Shown piece by piece: positions 55,300 through 64,000 of a stretch of DNA of 64,000 nucleotides (position 1 is its first letter; each line of letters starts with the position of its first letter). The notes under the pieces are model-generated. The model was not told where the DNA came from and ran no database searches. It saw only the letters and a program-made list of their open reading frames with translations. The DNA comes from an uncultured virus (IMG/VR IMGVR_UViG_3300023173_001245) (Duplodnaviria; Heunggongvirae; Uroviricota; Caudoviricetes), in the IMG/VR virus record IMGVR_UViG_3300023173_001245; one strand, written 5' to 3'. The position numbers and the translations under genes are program-made.

Positions 55300-55503
55300 T
55301 CAGAAGATACCAAAGAAGAATTTGCCAGTGATGGCATAGGAAGCAAATCCCATGATGATGCCCATCATTGCCCAGCGACCATTATAGCGCTCAATCCCCT
55401 CCATCGGGGTGAGCAGACCCTTCGAATGATAGTCCTCGATTACCATTTGAGGTTCTTTGGCAAACATGTTCTGTTGCCCGTACTCATTAGTTGTTACAGT
55501 CAT
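55300..55503 (-). CDS. hli: High-light-inducible protein (67 aa)
   Basis: MTVTTNEYGQQNMFAKEP...ERYNGRWAMMG...TGKFFFGIF; start set to ATG 55503. Confidence 0.93.
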   Translation of the reverse strand: MTVTTNEYGQQNMFAKEPQMVIEDYHSKGLLTPMEGIERYNGRWAMMGIIMGFASYAITGKFFFGIF

Positions 55504-55529
55504 TGAAGTTTTGTGAAGAACTGTTACAT

Positions 55530-55568
55530 AATTATATAGCAAAAATAAAGAGGGGTCAAGCCCCTCTT
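55530..55568 (-). promoter_or_regulatory. sigma70-type promoter embedded in a terminator hairpin
   Basis: TTGACC-N17-TATAAT; hairpin AAGAGGGG-cttga-CCCCTCTT plus T-rich tail. Confidence 0.75.
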
Positions 55569-55579
55569 GTACGGATATC

Positions 55580-56380
55580 CTAACCTTCTTTCTGTTCTGG
55601 CGGTGTTGGGTTTGTAATCCTACCCAGATAAGGATCGTAGTTTGTGAGGTTATCAATCGTTAGATCATGTCCTTGCTGTTGCCAGAAATTCAACAATCCA
55701 TCATGACTACCGCGATGGAATACATCAATGTGCTCTGGATGAATAGATGATCCCAAAGCAATCTTGTACAAGAACAATGGAATAGAGAACGTATTACCAG
55801 AATTGTAAATGAGATCATCAGCGACTGGACGTGGTTTCACACCATTATCCAGTTTATACTTGTCACCGCGTACATGGTGTTTTAGTATCTTCTCAGCATG
55901 ATGACGAGTGATCATATATGCCGCAGTAGAAAAATCATTTACAAATCTCTTATGAAGTTGAACATGAAGATTGCCAGTACAGATAATCGCAAGTTGAACT
56001 ACATCCCAATCATAAGGAAGTTTTGCTGCGAAGTCAGACCAGGTAAAGTTCCAGAAGCGAACAAGTTGAAGATCTAGATCATCCTCAACGATAATGGCAT
56101 AAGGACTATCAGACGTCTCATACCAGTGCTTGATTGCCTTTAGGTGGGATGTTGTACATCCAATCTCACCAGAAGTCATCGATTCTGGATATCTACCTTT
56201 AATAATATCACTAAGATCATCGTTCCTGCCATCATAAGCAGAAATACGTTCATAGTTTTCTACCTCCCAATACTTGAACTGCTCTTCCATATACTGCCGC
56301 CTTTCTGGTTGCCCATCCAGATTGAGATAATATACGGGTCCAAAGTTCTTGAGTTTGTATGCTGATTTATTTTTGTCCAT
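55580..56380 (-). CDS. Glycosyltransferase family 25
   Basis: YYLNLD..PERR, RISAYDG, GEIGCTTSH, IVEDD. Confidence 0.85.
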   Translation of the reverse strand: MDKNKSAYKLKNFGPVYYLNLDGQPERRQYMEEQFKYWEVENYERISAYDGRNDDLSDIIKGRYPESMTSGEIGCTTSHLKAIKHWYETSDSPYAIIVEDDLDLQLVRFWNFTWSDFAAKLPYDWDVVQLAIICTGNLHVQLHKRFVNDFSTAAYMITRHHAEKILKHHVRGDKYKLDNGVKPRPVADDLIYNSGNTFSIPLFLYKIALGSSIHPEHIDVFHRGSHDGLLNFWQQQGHDLTIDNLTNYDPYLGRITNPTPPEQKEG

Positions 56381-57120
56381 CACTCAATAAAATCGCTAAG
56401 AATAGTGTTAAGAACAGAAGTCTTGTTGGTATCAGTTACCCTCAAACCATTGTGCCAATTGCTGGCATTCCTAGAGTGAAGAAACTTACCATCGATGTGG
56501 AGTTCAAATCCAAATCCGTTTGAATTCTTTTCATCTAATAGATTTATACCATTATAATCATCGGGATATTCAACTGTAGTTGATCTGTAACGAATGTTTG
56601 GATTATGCACCAAGGCATAAGTTCCACCACAGGAGTCTAACATCTGCCCATCAACGGTCTTTGGATAGAAATCAAACTCTTCCTTACTGACAGTGCTCTT
56701 GCGAAGGAAGAGAAGACCTTGCCAGACATAAGTGATATGTGCTCTTTCCTGAGCACATCCAGCAATATCATATCCTTCCATGAATTCATTTACATTGAAT
56801 TCTTCAATCGGGAAAGCATCATGATCCAGGAAAAGAATGAAGCAATCTTCATCATCCTTACAAGCCAGATTATTATACGTCCACTGGATAGCGTCCGAAT
56901 TATAGAAACTTGGAGTACCACCAGGTTGAGATTGATGGTGATAGAAATTTACACTATTCTTTTCACAAATTTCTTTAAACTGCTCAAGATACTCATCATC
57001 TCTAGTATCATAAACGACATTGAATTCAAAGTCATCTTGTAGATACTTGCTAAAACAATCTATCTGCTGTTGTAGAAGATCTGGGCGATTGAAAACCATC
57101 GCATAGATTTTAACTAGCAT
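56380..57120 (-). CDS. Putative GT-A fold glycosyltransferase
   Basis: ILFLDHDAFP (DxD), DSCGG, FLH; island context. Confidence 0.6.
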   Translation of the reverse strand: MLVKIYAMVFNRPDLLQQQIDCFSKYLQDDFEFNVVYDTRDDEYLEQFKEICEKNSVNFYHHQSQPGGTPSFYNSDAIQWTYNNLACKDDEDCFILFLDHDAFPIEEFNVNEFMEGYDIAGCAQERAHITYVWQGLLFLRKSTVSKEEFDFYPKTVDGQMLDSCGGTYALVHNPNIRYRSTTVEYPDDYNGINLLDEKNSNGFGFELHIDGKFLHSRNASNWHNGLRVTDTNKTSVLNTILSDFIE

Positions 57121-57952
57121 AATAATTCAGTAGAATTTTTACGGTTGCTTCTGGTGATAGTTCTCTATCAACAAAGTCTTTGGGAGTATAATCATTCAGT
57201 TTGCTTTGGAAGATGGCAAACTGTTCTTCAAATTGATCGAAGGAAGTTATACGCTCTCCACATTCATCAGACCAATAAGGAACAGAGGTAGCAGGAACAG
57301 TATGTTCTTGTCCCATATGATCCCATACAGTTTGATCCCAAACGAATAGTGGTTTATTTACTGCCATCATTTCTTGAATGGCAATACCTTGGCTCTCCGT
57401 ATTATCAATTATAACACAGTACTTCACTTCACTCAAGCACTCTTTAAACTCTTCTTGAGTGTAGTTTCCGTATTGGAGACCAGTATATGATATGCGTCTC
57501 TGCTCAAAGAAGTTTAGAACTTTGAGCAGATCTTCTTCTGGTCGGTTCTTATAATAGATTAAACAATCCGTTTTGATATTATCTTCAATCTCTGGACCAT
57601 AGATAGCAACTGGCCAAATTGCTGTTTTGTAATCTGGGAAAGACTTATTATAAGAGTCTTGGCACCACTGCCCAGGAACAAGGATCTTATTGTACTCAGT
57701 AAGGTGAGAAAACTCTGGAGCAAATGGCCAAATCTGTGGACCAACTAGCAGGTTCTTTTTATTCTTTAGAGCATGATACTTTGGAAGATGATAATCATCC
57801 CAGTGAAGAAACAAAGTATTATCATACTTTTCTTCATTAAGAACGAATGGTGTATTCGTATCCTCCAACGATCTAATCAGGTTTTCAATTACCTTCTTAG
57901 GTCCAGACATTCTGGATCCCAGATGACTATCCCTATAAAAAACATTAAGCAT
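57110..57952 (-). CDS. Putative GT-B (GT4-like) glycosyltransferase
   Basis: SGPKKV, ESQGIAIQEMMAVNKP (Ex7E). Confidence 0.65.
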   Translation of the reverse strand: MLNVFYRDSHLGSRMSGPKKVIENLIRSLEDTNTPFVLNEEKYDNTLFLHWDDYHLPKYHALKNKKNLLVGPQIWPFAPEFSHLTEYNKILVPGQWCQDSYNKSFPDYKTAIWPVAIYGPEIEDNIKTDCLIYYKNRPEEDLLKVLNFFEQRRISYTGLQYGNYTQEEFKECLSEVKYCVIIDNTESQGIAIQEMMAVNKPLFVWDQTVWDHMGQEHTVPATSVPYWSDECGERITSFDQFEEQFAIFQSKLNDYTPKDFVDRELSPEATVKILLNYYAS

Positions 57953-58841
57953 TTTCTTCTATCCACTGATGTAAATTTACTTTTGCTTTCCATCCATATG
58001 CATCTCTTATTTTAGATACATCAGCAAGACTTTGGCGTGCTTCTGCTGGTCTTGGTGGAATGTGTGTGATTTTATCAGAAATCATTTCAGCAATTTCTTT
58101 CACAGAAATTGCCATACCTGTACCAACATTATAAACTTCACCGTAATTATCCACATCTTTTTCTGCAACTGTCAAATTAGCAGATGCAATATCAGACACA
58201 TGAATAAAATCTCTAGTTTGTCTACCATCACCTACTACTGTCAATGCCTTCCCATCATTTTTTTGTCTAGAAAAAATACCAATTACTGGAGCATACTGTC
58301 CAGTCTTTGGTTGACGAGGGCCATATACATTAAAATATCTCAAAGTTACGGTCTTAATATTATACAGATCATTATACATTTTCATCAATGTTTCACCAGA
58401 CAATTTAGAAACAGAGTAAGAATTCAAGGGGTCTGGATTATCACTCTCAACACAAATCTTATCTGTCAATCCATATATTGCAGCAGTAGATGAAAAAACT
58501 ACCTTCTCAACTCCAGCAAGTCTAGCCGCTTCTAAAACAGTAGTAGTAGAACAAACATTATTCAGATAAGTTTCTGCTGGATTCTCAATACAGAAAGAAA
58601 TAGAGACATCAGATGCTAGATGAAAAATACAATCTACGCCTTCACATAATCCAATAAATCGATCGAGATTATAAGGACTGATATCAAATTTATGATTATC
58701 TGTAGATGAGTTCCAATAGTATTCATCATGACTATTAGCAGATTCATTATCTACAACAATAACCTGGTGATCATTTTCAAGCAAATGATCTACCAAGTTT
58801 GATCCAATAAAACCAGCACCGCCAGTAACTAAACACTTCAT
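57945..58841 (-). CDS. NAD-dependent nucleotide-sugar epimerase/dehydratase (GalE/WbpP-like)
   Basis: LVTGGAGFIG, YSVSK (YxxxK), RYFNVYGPRQ, GDGRQTRDFIHV. Confidence 0.92.
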   Translation of the reverse strand: MKCLVTGGAGFIGSNLVDHLLENDHQVIVVDNESANSHDEYYWNSSTDNHKFDISPYNLDRFIGLCEGVDCIFHLASDVSISFCIENPAETYLNNVCSTTTVLEAARLAGVEKVVFSSTAAIYGLTDKICVESDNPDPLNSYSVSKLSGETLMKMYNDLYNIKTVTLRYFNVYGPRQPKTGQYAPVIGIFSRQKNDGKALTVVGDGRQTRDFIHVSDIASANLTVAEKDVDNYGEVYNVGTGMAISVKEIAEMISDKITHIPPRPAEARQSLADVSKIRDAYGWKAKVNLHQWIEENA

Positions 58842-59479
58842 CAGTACAATCCAGTTGGTTTCCAGAAGTTCTTATGTGGTTGAAACAGTTCATGTGATGG
58901 ATATGAACTCAGTGGTTGATCTGTTCCATTTGAACTTGTTTGATAGAAGAAAGGATCATCAAAAGCATATACATTATAATAACGTTGTACTTCGGCAAAT
59001 CCAATATCCTGGTGGTCAGAGATATCATACCCGTTCTTTGAGATCTTGCTACAGAGAGAAGCATACTCACTGCTCAAGTATAAGATGGCATGAGCACCCA
59101 GCATATTATACACTCTTACCAGTCCATTATCAAGTTTTTCATATTGAACAAAAGGTCCAGAGTGAGAGTTCATTCTTCCCCAGGAAGAGATGCCAAGATA
59201 CACGGCATCGGCATCATCAGGAACCTCAATCTCTGGAGTAAAATTCTTGATCACACAATCATCTTCAAAGACAATGAAAGGAACATCCAATTCATTCAGT
59301 GCCACATGATGAGATAGAGAACACCCAGCAAGATGGCGATCAGGGAAAGCATATGCTTCTACACGAATGATAGTTTCGAAACCACATTCCTCAAGCATCT
59401 TAACCATCCGCTCATTCTTCTCGGTATCCCGATCAAGATTGATATAGATGGCAGGAATTTTTCTAAGATCTAAGTTCAT
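58841..59479 (-). CDS. Glycosyltransferase family 25-like
   Basis: IYINLD, GCSLSH, VFEDD, AVYLG, HAILY. Confidence 0.75.
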   Translation of the reverse strand: MNLDLRKIPAIYINLDRDTEKNERMVKMLEECGFETIIRVEAYAFPDRHLAGCSLSHHVALNELDVPFIVFEDDCVIKNFTPEIEVPDDADAVYLGISSWGRMNSHSGPFVQYEKLDNGLVRVYNMLGAHAILYLSSEYASLCSKISKNGYDISDHQDIGFAEVQRYYNVYAFDDPFFYQTSSNGTDQPLSSYPSHELFQPHKNFWKPTGLY

Positions 59480-60158
59480 TGTGGTTCTTCTTCAAAGCAA
59501 TAATTTTAGGCTCATAAGGATAACTAGGATTACCCATATGCTCTTCAGCAAAGCAATAAGATGGTGTTAAACTCAGTGTTGGGGGATTATCAATTAGATA
59601 ACGGTTCATCTGCGACTCATCGTGCCACAGAGCAATCACACCGTTATCCAGGTCTTTGGTTACTCGATCAGCAAGAACCTCTGCCATCTCAAGGAACCTC
59701 TTGGTAGATCCACCATTGAACCCACCAGCATAATAGAGTTCTCCTTCTTCACCCACAGGAACATATGCTAGAGACTTTTCGTTCCTATCATATGAACGCT
59801 CTTCCTTAGGATAGAAGGATTGATAGGGATGCATTGTGGCGACCAGATCACTTAGAACTTCATCACCAACCTTATCTACCAGACCCATATCTACATCAAA
59901 GTAGAAGCAGTAATCAAACTGAGAGATAAACTCTTTTTCTTTTACAAAGTAGTTGTACCTCTTGAGTGTTGGCATTGGCCAAGGTTCATGATCAATCTGA
60001 CAAACTCTAACGTTGTCAGATGTTTCTACTTCATGATCAGTGAAAAGAAGACATTGAATCTCATGACCGTTGAGAAAGTTCTCTTCAATATTATCAAGGA
60101 GTCGTTCAACAAACTGAATGTACTTGTTTGTTGCGATGGTCAGAATACAGATCTTCAT
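59463..60158 (-). CDS. Glycosyltransferase family 6 (ABO/alpha-1,3-Gal(NAc) transferase-like)
   Basis: IAT.KY, LFTD, WP..TLKRY, FDVDM, HP, YYAGGFNGG, WHDESQMNRY, K..ALKKN. Confidence 0.92.
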   Translation of the reverse strand: MKICILTIATNKYIQFVERLLDNIEENFLNGHEIQCLLFTDHEVETSDNVRVCQIDHEPWPMPTLKRYNYFVKEKEFISQFDYCFYFDVDMGLVDKVGDEVLSDLVATMHPYQSFYPKEERSYDRNEKSLAYVPVGEEGELYYAGGFNGGSTKRFLEMAEVLADRVTKDLDNGVIALWHDESQMNRYLIDNPPTLSLTPSYCFAEEHMGNPSYPYEPKIIALKKNHNELRS

Positions 60159-60931
60159 TTCTTCACCATAGTCGTATAGTATAGGTAACCATTAGGTGGC
60201 CAAAAGTCTAGAACTTTTTCTACGGTTACATCAAAATCTTCTCTTGCTCTTTCAAGAAGAACTTCTCTGCTTACCTCACCACGATTGAGAATCATATAAA
60301 CTCTCTTCGCATTCTTGATTACGTTCTCATAGTATGCGTTTTGTAGATCCAAATTGAGCTCAGAGTAAGCATAGTTGCTAATCACAAGATCAATATCTTC
60401 AATGGGATCCACAGAAGAATGGAAGGTCACCTTTTCACCAACATCAAAGTTGGAAAGGTACTTCTGTTGAAGTCTTGATGCTGGTTCTACATCATAGATG
60501 TGATACTCATCAAAATCACAAAGGCAACTGATGCTCTTACAAAGACCACCATAACCACCACCAATCTCTACGATCTTATTGATATCTCCTTCACCAACAA
60601 AGTGTCCAATATCAAGAGTGTTTTGAACATAGCGAAGAGTTGATGGAGAAACAAGACCAAAAGGTTCTCCATAATCAACTACTCGTGATCCGCCCAGTTT
60701 ATCATTCTCTTTAAACTGTTCGATGATTTCTTCATCCAGTTCATACTGAGCAATACCATTAAAGTACCTCTGCCCGTGCTCTGGAGAGACGTGCTCTAGG
60801 ATTGCCGTATATCTTGGATCTTGTTTGAACTTTGCGAAAACTTCATCACTCTCTACTGCCTCATTACAAATTTCAGCATAAGGAGTAACGTCTTGTGTCG
60901 TAAGACATGCCCAATCTTCAATCATAACCAA
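60155..60931 (-). CDS. Putative sugar O-methyltransferase (NanM-like)
   Basis: ILEH, SPSTLRY, IVEIGGGYGG, DLVISNYAYSE; true start may be 60925. Confidence 0.75.
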   Translation of the reverse strand: MVMIEDWACLTTQDVTPYAEICNEAVESDEVFAKFKQDPRYTAILEHVSPEHGQRYFNGIAQYELDEEIIEQFKENDKLGGSRVVDYGEPFGLVSPSTLRYVQNTLDIGHFVGEGDINKIVEIGGGYGGLCKSISCLCDFDEYHIYDVEPASRLQQKYLSNFDVGEKVTFHSSVDPIEDIDLVISNYAYSELNLDLQNAYYENVIKNAKRVYMILNRGEVSREVLLERAREDFDVTVEKVLDFWPPNGYLYYTTMVKK

Positions 60932-61731
60932 CTCCAGTTACCAGTGTTAAATTCCATATCCGTTACATCCTTATTTACACACCCGCCACCAAACCAGTTT
61001 TTGGGGGCAATCACATGCTTACTCTTTGCCAACCAAGCACCCCACCAGGAGAATGAGGAATTGGCAATGATGTGATATGAAGCAAGAGTCATCATACACA
61101 TATCAACTTCCGTACCGTTACCTTCCAGGATGAAGAACCGATCTGGACGGAAGAACTCGTGTGCCTTACACCACTCAGTATCGTCAGAGAATACAAGAAC
61201 AGGAATATCACTTGGTAGTTTATCAAGTGCCTGCTGGTAGTATTCAACAGTTTGAACAGGATGATTATCATTCAATACATAATCACCACGGCGAATATGA
61301 AGAGAGACAACCTCAGTATCACCTAGATTTTCCTTGAATGCTTCTCTACAATCTTTGATTACATCAGTCTTGAACAAGAAGTCCTCACGGATCTCATCTT
61401 CAATATGCTTGAAGTATTTCTCTGTTTGAAAGTATCCAAAGAGATCTACCTTATCTGGGCAGTTCTCAAACAGTTCCACATCAAAAGTATGATATCTTTC
61501 TTGGAGAACTGGATTTTGAACTACGGCAACAGTATTCCTGTTCTCAATATTGAAAACATCATACAGTGTTACGTCAGAGTTCTTGACATTATAATCCTGA
61601 GCACCAAAGAAATTTTTCGGTGGGATTACAAAGTCATATCCACGATGCCTAGCAATACCCTTCAAAGAAGCATATTGAAACATTTGATTGGCGAGTCTGC
61701 CAAGATTGCCAAGATTATTGAACGAGATCAT
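60922..61731 (-). CDS. Glycosyltransferase family 11 (alpha-1,2-fucosyltransferase-like)
   Basis: GRLANQMFQYA, GYFQTEKYF, HIRRGDY, FSDD..WCK, IIANSSFSWWGAWL. Confidence 0.93.
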   Translation of the reverse strand: MISFNNLGNLGRLANQMFQYASLKGIARHRGYDFVIPPKNFFGAQDYNVKNSDVTLYDVFNIENRNTVAVVQNPVLQERYHTFDVELFENCPDKVDLFGYFQTEKYFKHIEDEIREDFLFKTDVIKDCREAFKENLGDTEVVSLHIRRGDYVLNDNHPVQTVEYYQQALDKLPSDIPVLVFSDDTEWCKAHEFFRPDRFFILEGNGTEVDMCMMTLASYHIIANSSFSWWGAWLAKSKHVIAPKNWFGGGCVNKDVTDMEFNTGNWSWL

Positions 61732-62602
61732 TCTTTTGATACCAGTCTATTGTTTTCTTAATACCTTCTTTGAGTGTTGTAAATTTAAAATCACCAATCA
61801 CATCGATAAGTTTGGTGTTATCAACGACCTTTACTTGATCTCCAATCATTGTGCTTGAGTCAAATACAACTTTGTTTTTGAAATCTAGGCACTCTTTGAT
61901 AACTTCCACAATATCAATGATTGATATCTGCTTGGCAGAAGAAACAATGATTGGATCTTTGACTTCCTTGTTGGGGAGAATCAAGTCTATAATAGCATTC
62001 AAATCCTCAACATACAAGTAGTTTCTAAAAACTTTACCGTTCCCATAAAGATGAACATCAGTGTTCTCTTTAATTGCTTTATGAAAACGATAGATCAAAT
62101 TATGTATTACAGTTCCGTCCTGGTGGAATTTACCATGGGGACCATAAGTATTTCCAAGATAGATTGATTTATAGTTCAATCCATAATCCAATTGATATGC
62201 CTTACAAAGACCAACACAAATCTTCTTAGAGTAGGCATACCCAAAGATCTTTTCATTCACTTCACCATAGATCGACTCTTCAGTAAATGGTGAAGGATGA
62301 TTTGGATCAAAAGAAGTAATTGTAGAGAGCATAAGTAGATTTTCTACACCAACTTCTCTACAAGCCTTAATAATATTCATATCACTCAATACATTGTTTT
62401 CGATGTACTGAGTATGATCCTTCAACATCTCAACGGCAGATCCATGCTTAGCAGCAGCATGAATAACAGTCGTTGGGGAATGCTTTTCTAGTGTTTGAAC
62501 TACCGAACGATAATCAGTTAGATCACATTTACTCCTAGCAACTCTCACATCGGCAGTAATATTGCTACCGATAAATCCATTTCCACCTGTTACAAGTTTC
62601 AT
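61715..62602 (-). CDS. GDP-L-fucose synthase-like SDR (divergent)
   Basis: LVTGGNGFIG, CDL, HAAAKHG, YAYSK, N.YGP...F, YGNG..FR.YLYVED. Confidence 0.75.
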   Translation of the reverse strand: MKLVTGGNGFIGSNITADVRVARSKCDLTDYRSVVQTLEKHSPTTVIHAAAKHGSAVEMLKDHTQYIENNVLSDMNIIKACREVGVENLLMLSTITSFDPNHPSPFTEESIYGEVNEKIFGYAYSKKICVGLCKAYQLDYGLNYKSIYLGNTYGPHGKFHQDGTVIHNLIYRFHKAIKENTDVHLYGNGKVFRNYLYVEDLNAIIDLILPNKEVKDPIIVSSAKQISIIDIVEVIKECLDFKNKVVFDSSTMIGDQVKVVDNTKLIDVIGDFKFTTLKEGIKKTIDWYQKNDLVQ

Positions 62603-63328
62603 TTAGTCTTCTCTAATTACAATGTAACGATCTTCATCATCAACAAACCAATTCACACCACTCTCTGTTGGAATGAGATCTGCTTTCCAAGGGTAGTAAA
62701 TCTCTTCAGCATTAGAGAGAAATGCTGCCCACCAACAGTATGTAGAAGAGGTCAAGAGGATCTTGTTTGCCGACTTAATAAGAGCAAACTGTTCTAAAGG
62801 AGAGAACTGAGCTTTAACTACTTCAACGTCAAGGTCATTAATGAAATCAAAAAACGGATCATCAAAAGAGTCTGTACATAGAATAATACGATCGTGCTCT
62901 ACATGACTGAACACTTCTTTGAAGTATTCTTTGGATGGGCATAGATCTGTAGGATATCCGTTCCATCCTCTACGAATAGAGACAACAAAATCAGTTGGAA
63001 GAACCTTGATAGGAGACTTTACATCCAACTCAAACCATTCTTTTACTTTCTCTTTGTGCTTGCGAATGTGTTCATATCGTTGAACATATCCTGCCATCTC
63101 AACTCTACTGTTCGCCAAAGAGTTGGCATCAAAAGAATGTCCTTCAATCCTTACAACAGGACTATCATATTCATTCCCATCTACAACTTGTTCAGTATTT
63201 GGAAATCCAGGAATTGAATAACAGTTCAGTTTTAAATTATTTTCTTCGGCAATTACGCGGGCAACGGCATACTGCCACATATTGTTGCCCAGTGTTCCCA
63301 ACTTATGTACGTTAATCATTCTTCCCAA
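62603..63328 (-). CDS. GT11-like glycosyltransferase (divergent)
   Basis: GTLGNNMWQYA, GYVQ, SIRRG, CTD, SSTYCWWAAFLS; likely start 63319. Confidence 0.7.
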   Translation of the reverse strand: MGRMINVHKLGTLGNNMWQYAVARVIAEENNLKLNCYSIPGFPNTEQVVDGNEYDSPVVRIEGHSFDANSLANSRVEMAGYVQRYEHIRKHKEKVKEWFELDVKSPIKVLPTDFVVSIRRGWNGYPTDLCPSKEYFKEVFSHVEHDRIILCTDSFDDPFFDFINDLDVEVVKAQFSPLEQFALIKSANKILLTSSTYCWWAAFLSNAEEIYYPWKADLIPTESGVNWFVDDEDRYIVIRED

Positions 63329-64000
63329 GAGCGATGGGTTTCATTCAGTTCGTTAATGAACTTAGCAAGGGGACTGCCAGAGAACTTTTCAAACTCATGA
63401 TTATCTTTGATGAAGCAATGTCCACCCCATCCAAACTTGCCATCCCATCCAGGAACTTGAGTATGTGATGTGCCAATACGCTCATCCATACCAGCAATCA
63501 TACGGAACTCATCAAAGGTAGACTCACATCCCAGTTTCTGATGTGCCCTATAGAGTTCATTATAGATGGAAACCTTAGTTGCCAGGAAGAAGTTTTCGGC
63601 ATACTTAATCAGTGCGGCACTACGAATATCAGTAATACCAACTCTATAATGATCAAGATTGTCCAGGCGATCTACAAAGATATCAGCAACTGTTTGTGCT
63701 GCTTCTTTTTCACCACCAATGATACAGAAGTTCTGGTTCTGGAACTTCTCAATATTATGACGAGAGTCTAGATATTCGGGACTGTGAAGAACTCGAATAT
63801 TCTTATACTTTTGTTGGGCAGAGTAATAATAGTCTGGAGTAGAAGTTGACTTACAACAAACAGGAGTATTGTTTCCAATATGACTATTCACCTGAGCAAG
63901 GATCTTATCTAAGAGACCGTGGTTATCTCCCTTTGGAGTATCTACACAAACAAAGACGGCATCAAACTGCTCACCATCATGATTAGCGATTACATCATCA
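63316..64000 (-). CDS. UDP-glucose/GDP-mannose 6-dehydrogenase family protein (5' end outside the window)
   Basis: Frame stays open to the window edge: AVFVCVDTP, KST, SPEYL, KYAENFFLATKV, DERIG, GWGGHCFIKD. Confidence 0.88.
   Translation of the reverse strand, partial: DDVIANHDGEQFDAVFVCVDTPKGDNHGLLDKILAQVNSHIGNNTPVCCKSTSTPDYYYSAQQKYKNIRVLHSPEYLDSRHNIEKFQNQNFCIIGGEKEAAQTVADIFVDRLDNLDHYRVGITDIRSAALIKYAENFFLATKVSIYNELYRAHQKLGCESTFDEFRMIAGMDERIGTSHTQVPGWDGKFGWGGHCFIKDNHEFEKFSGSPLAKFINELNETHRSWEE

Noticed and set aside
54595..55656. ORF-track extensions 54595-54801 and 55300-55656
   Set aside because: They overlap real genes or a promoter; better starts are 54723 and 55503
1..64000. tRNA genes, stop-codon recoding, programmed frameshifts, integrase or transposase
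   Set aside because: No cloverleaf was seen in the short intergenic gaps, genes tile cleanly in the standard code, and no such motifs were recognised by eye

Overview
This window is 64 kb of a T4-like marine cyanomyovirus genome (Kyanoviridae-like), most likely infecting Synechococcus. Essentially all real genes are on the minus strand. It has five blocks. (1) 1-32.6 kb: a large tail-fibre/virion-appendage cluster with Gly-rich adhesin-like proteins, Pro-poor (Gly-X-Gln/Gly-X-Thr)n collagen-like proteins and long beta-repeat fibres. Most of these genes follow a T4-type late promoter core (TAAATA). Two enzyme cassettes interrupt the cluster, each behind a near-identical perfect TTGACA-N17-TATAAT promoter: one has two 2OG-Fe(II) oxygenases, the other a beta-propeller, a TPR-FkbM methyltransferase-radical SAM/SPASM fusion and a 2OG-Fe(II) oxygenase. 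(2) 32.6-41 kb: HNH nuclease, talC, petE, class II aldolase, small ORFs, psbD, and psbA with a PhotoRC-II-like leader. (3) 41-53.8 kb: more late structural genes, namely an S8 protease, a collagen-like fibre and a 2102-aa virion protein. (4) 54-55.5 kb: peroxiredoxin, petF, two hli genes and micro-ORFs. (5) 55.6-64 kb: a glycosylation island (GT25 x2, GT6, GT11 x2, other GTs, epimerases, a sugar O-methyltransferase, a nucleotide-sugar dehydrogenase). The most notable signals are the repeated 'Gly-rich adhesin + partner + early-promoter modifying enzymes' unit, amicyanin-type H...CxxHxxM copper-site motifs in three virion proteins, an ABO-like GT11+GT6 glycan pathway, and a 1.4-kb duplicated fibre domain flanking the radical SAM cassette. 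All functional calls come from motifs read by eye; no database searches were run.
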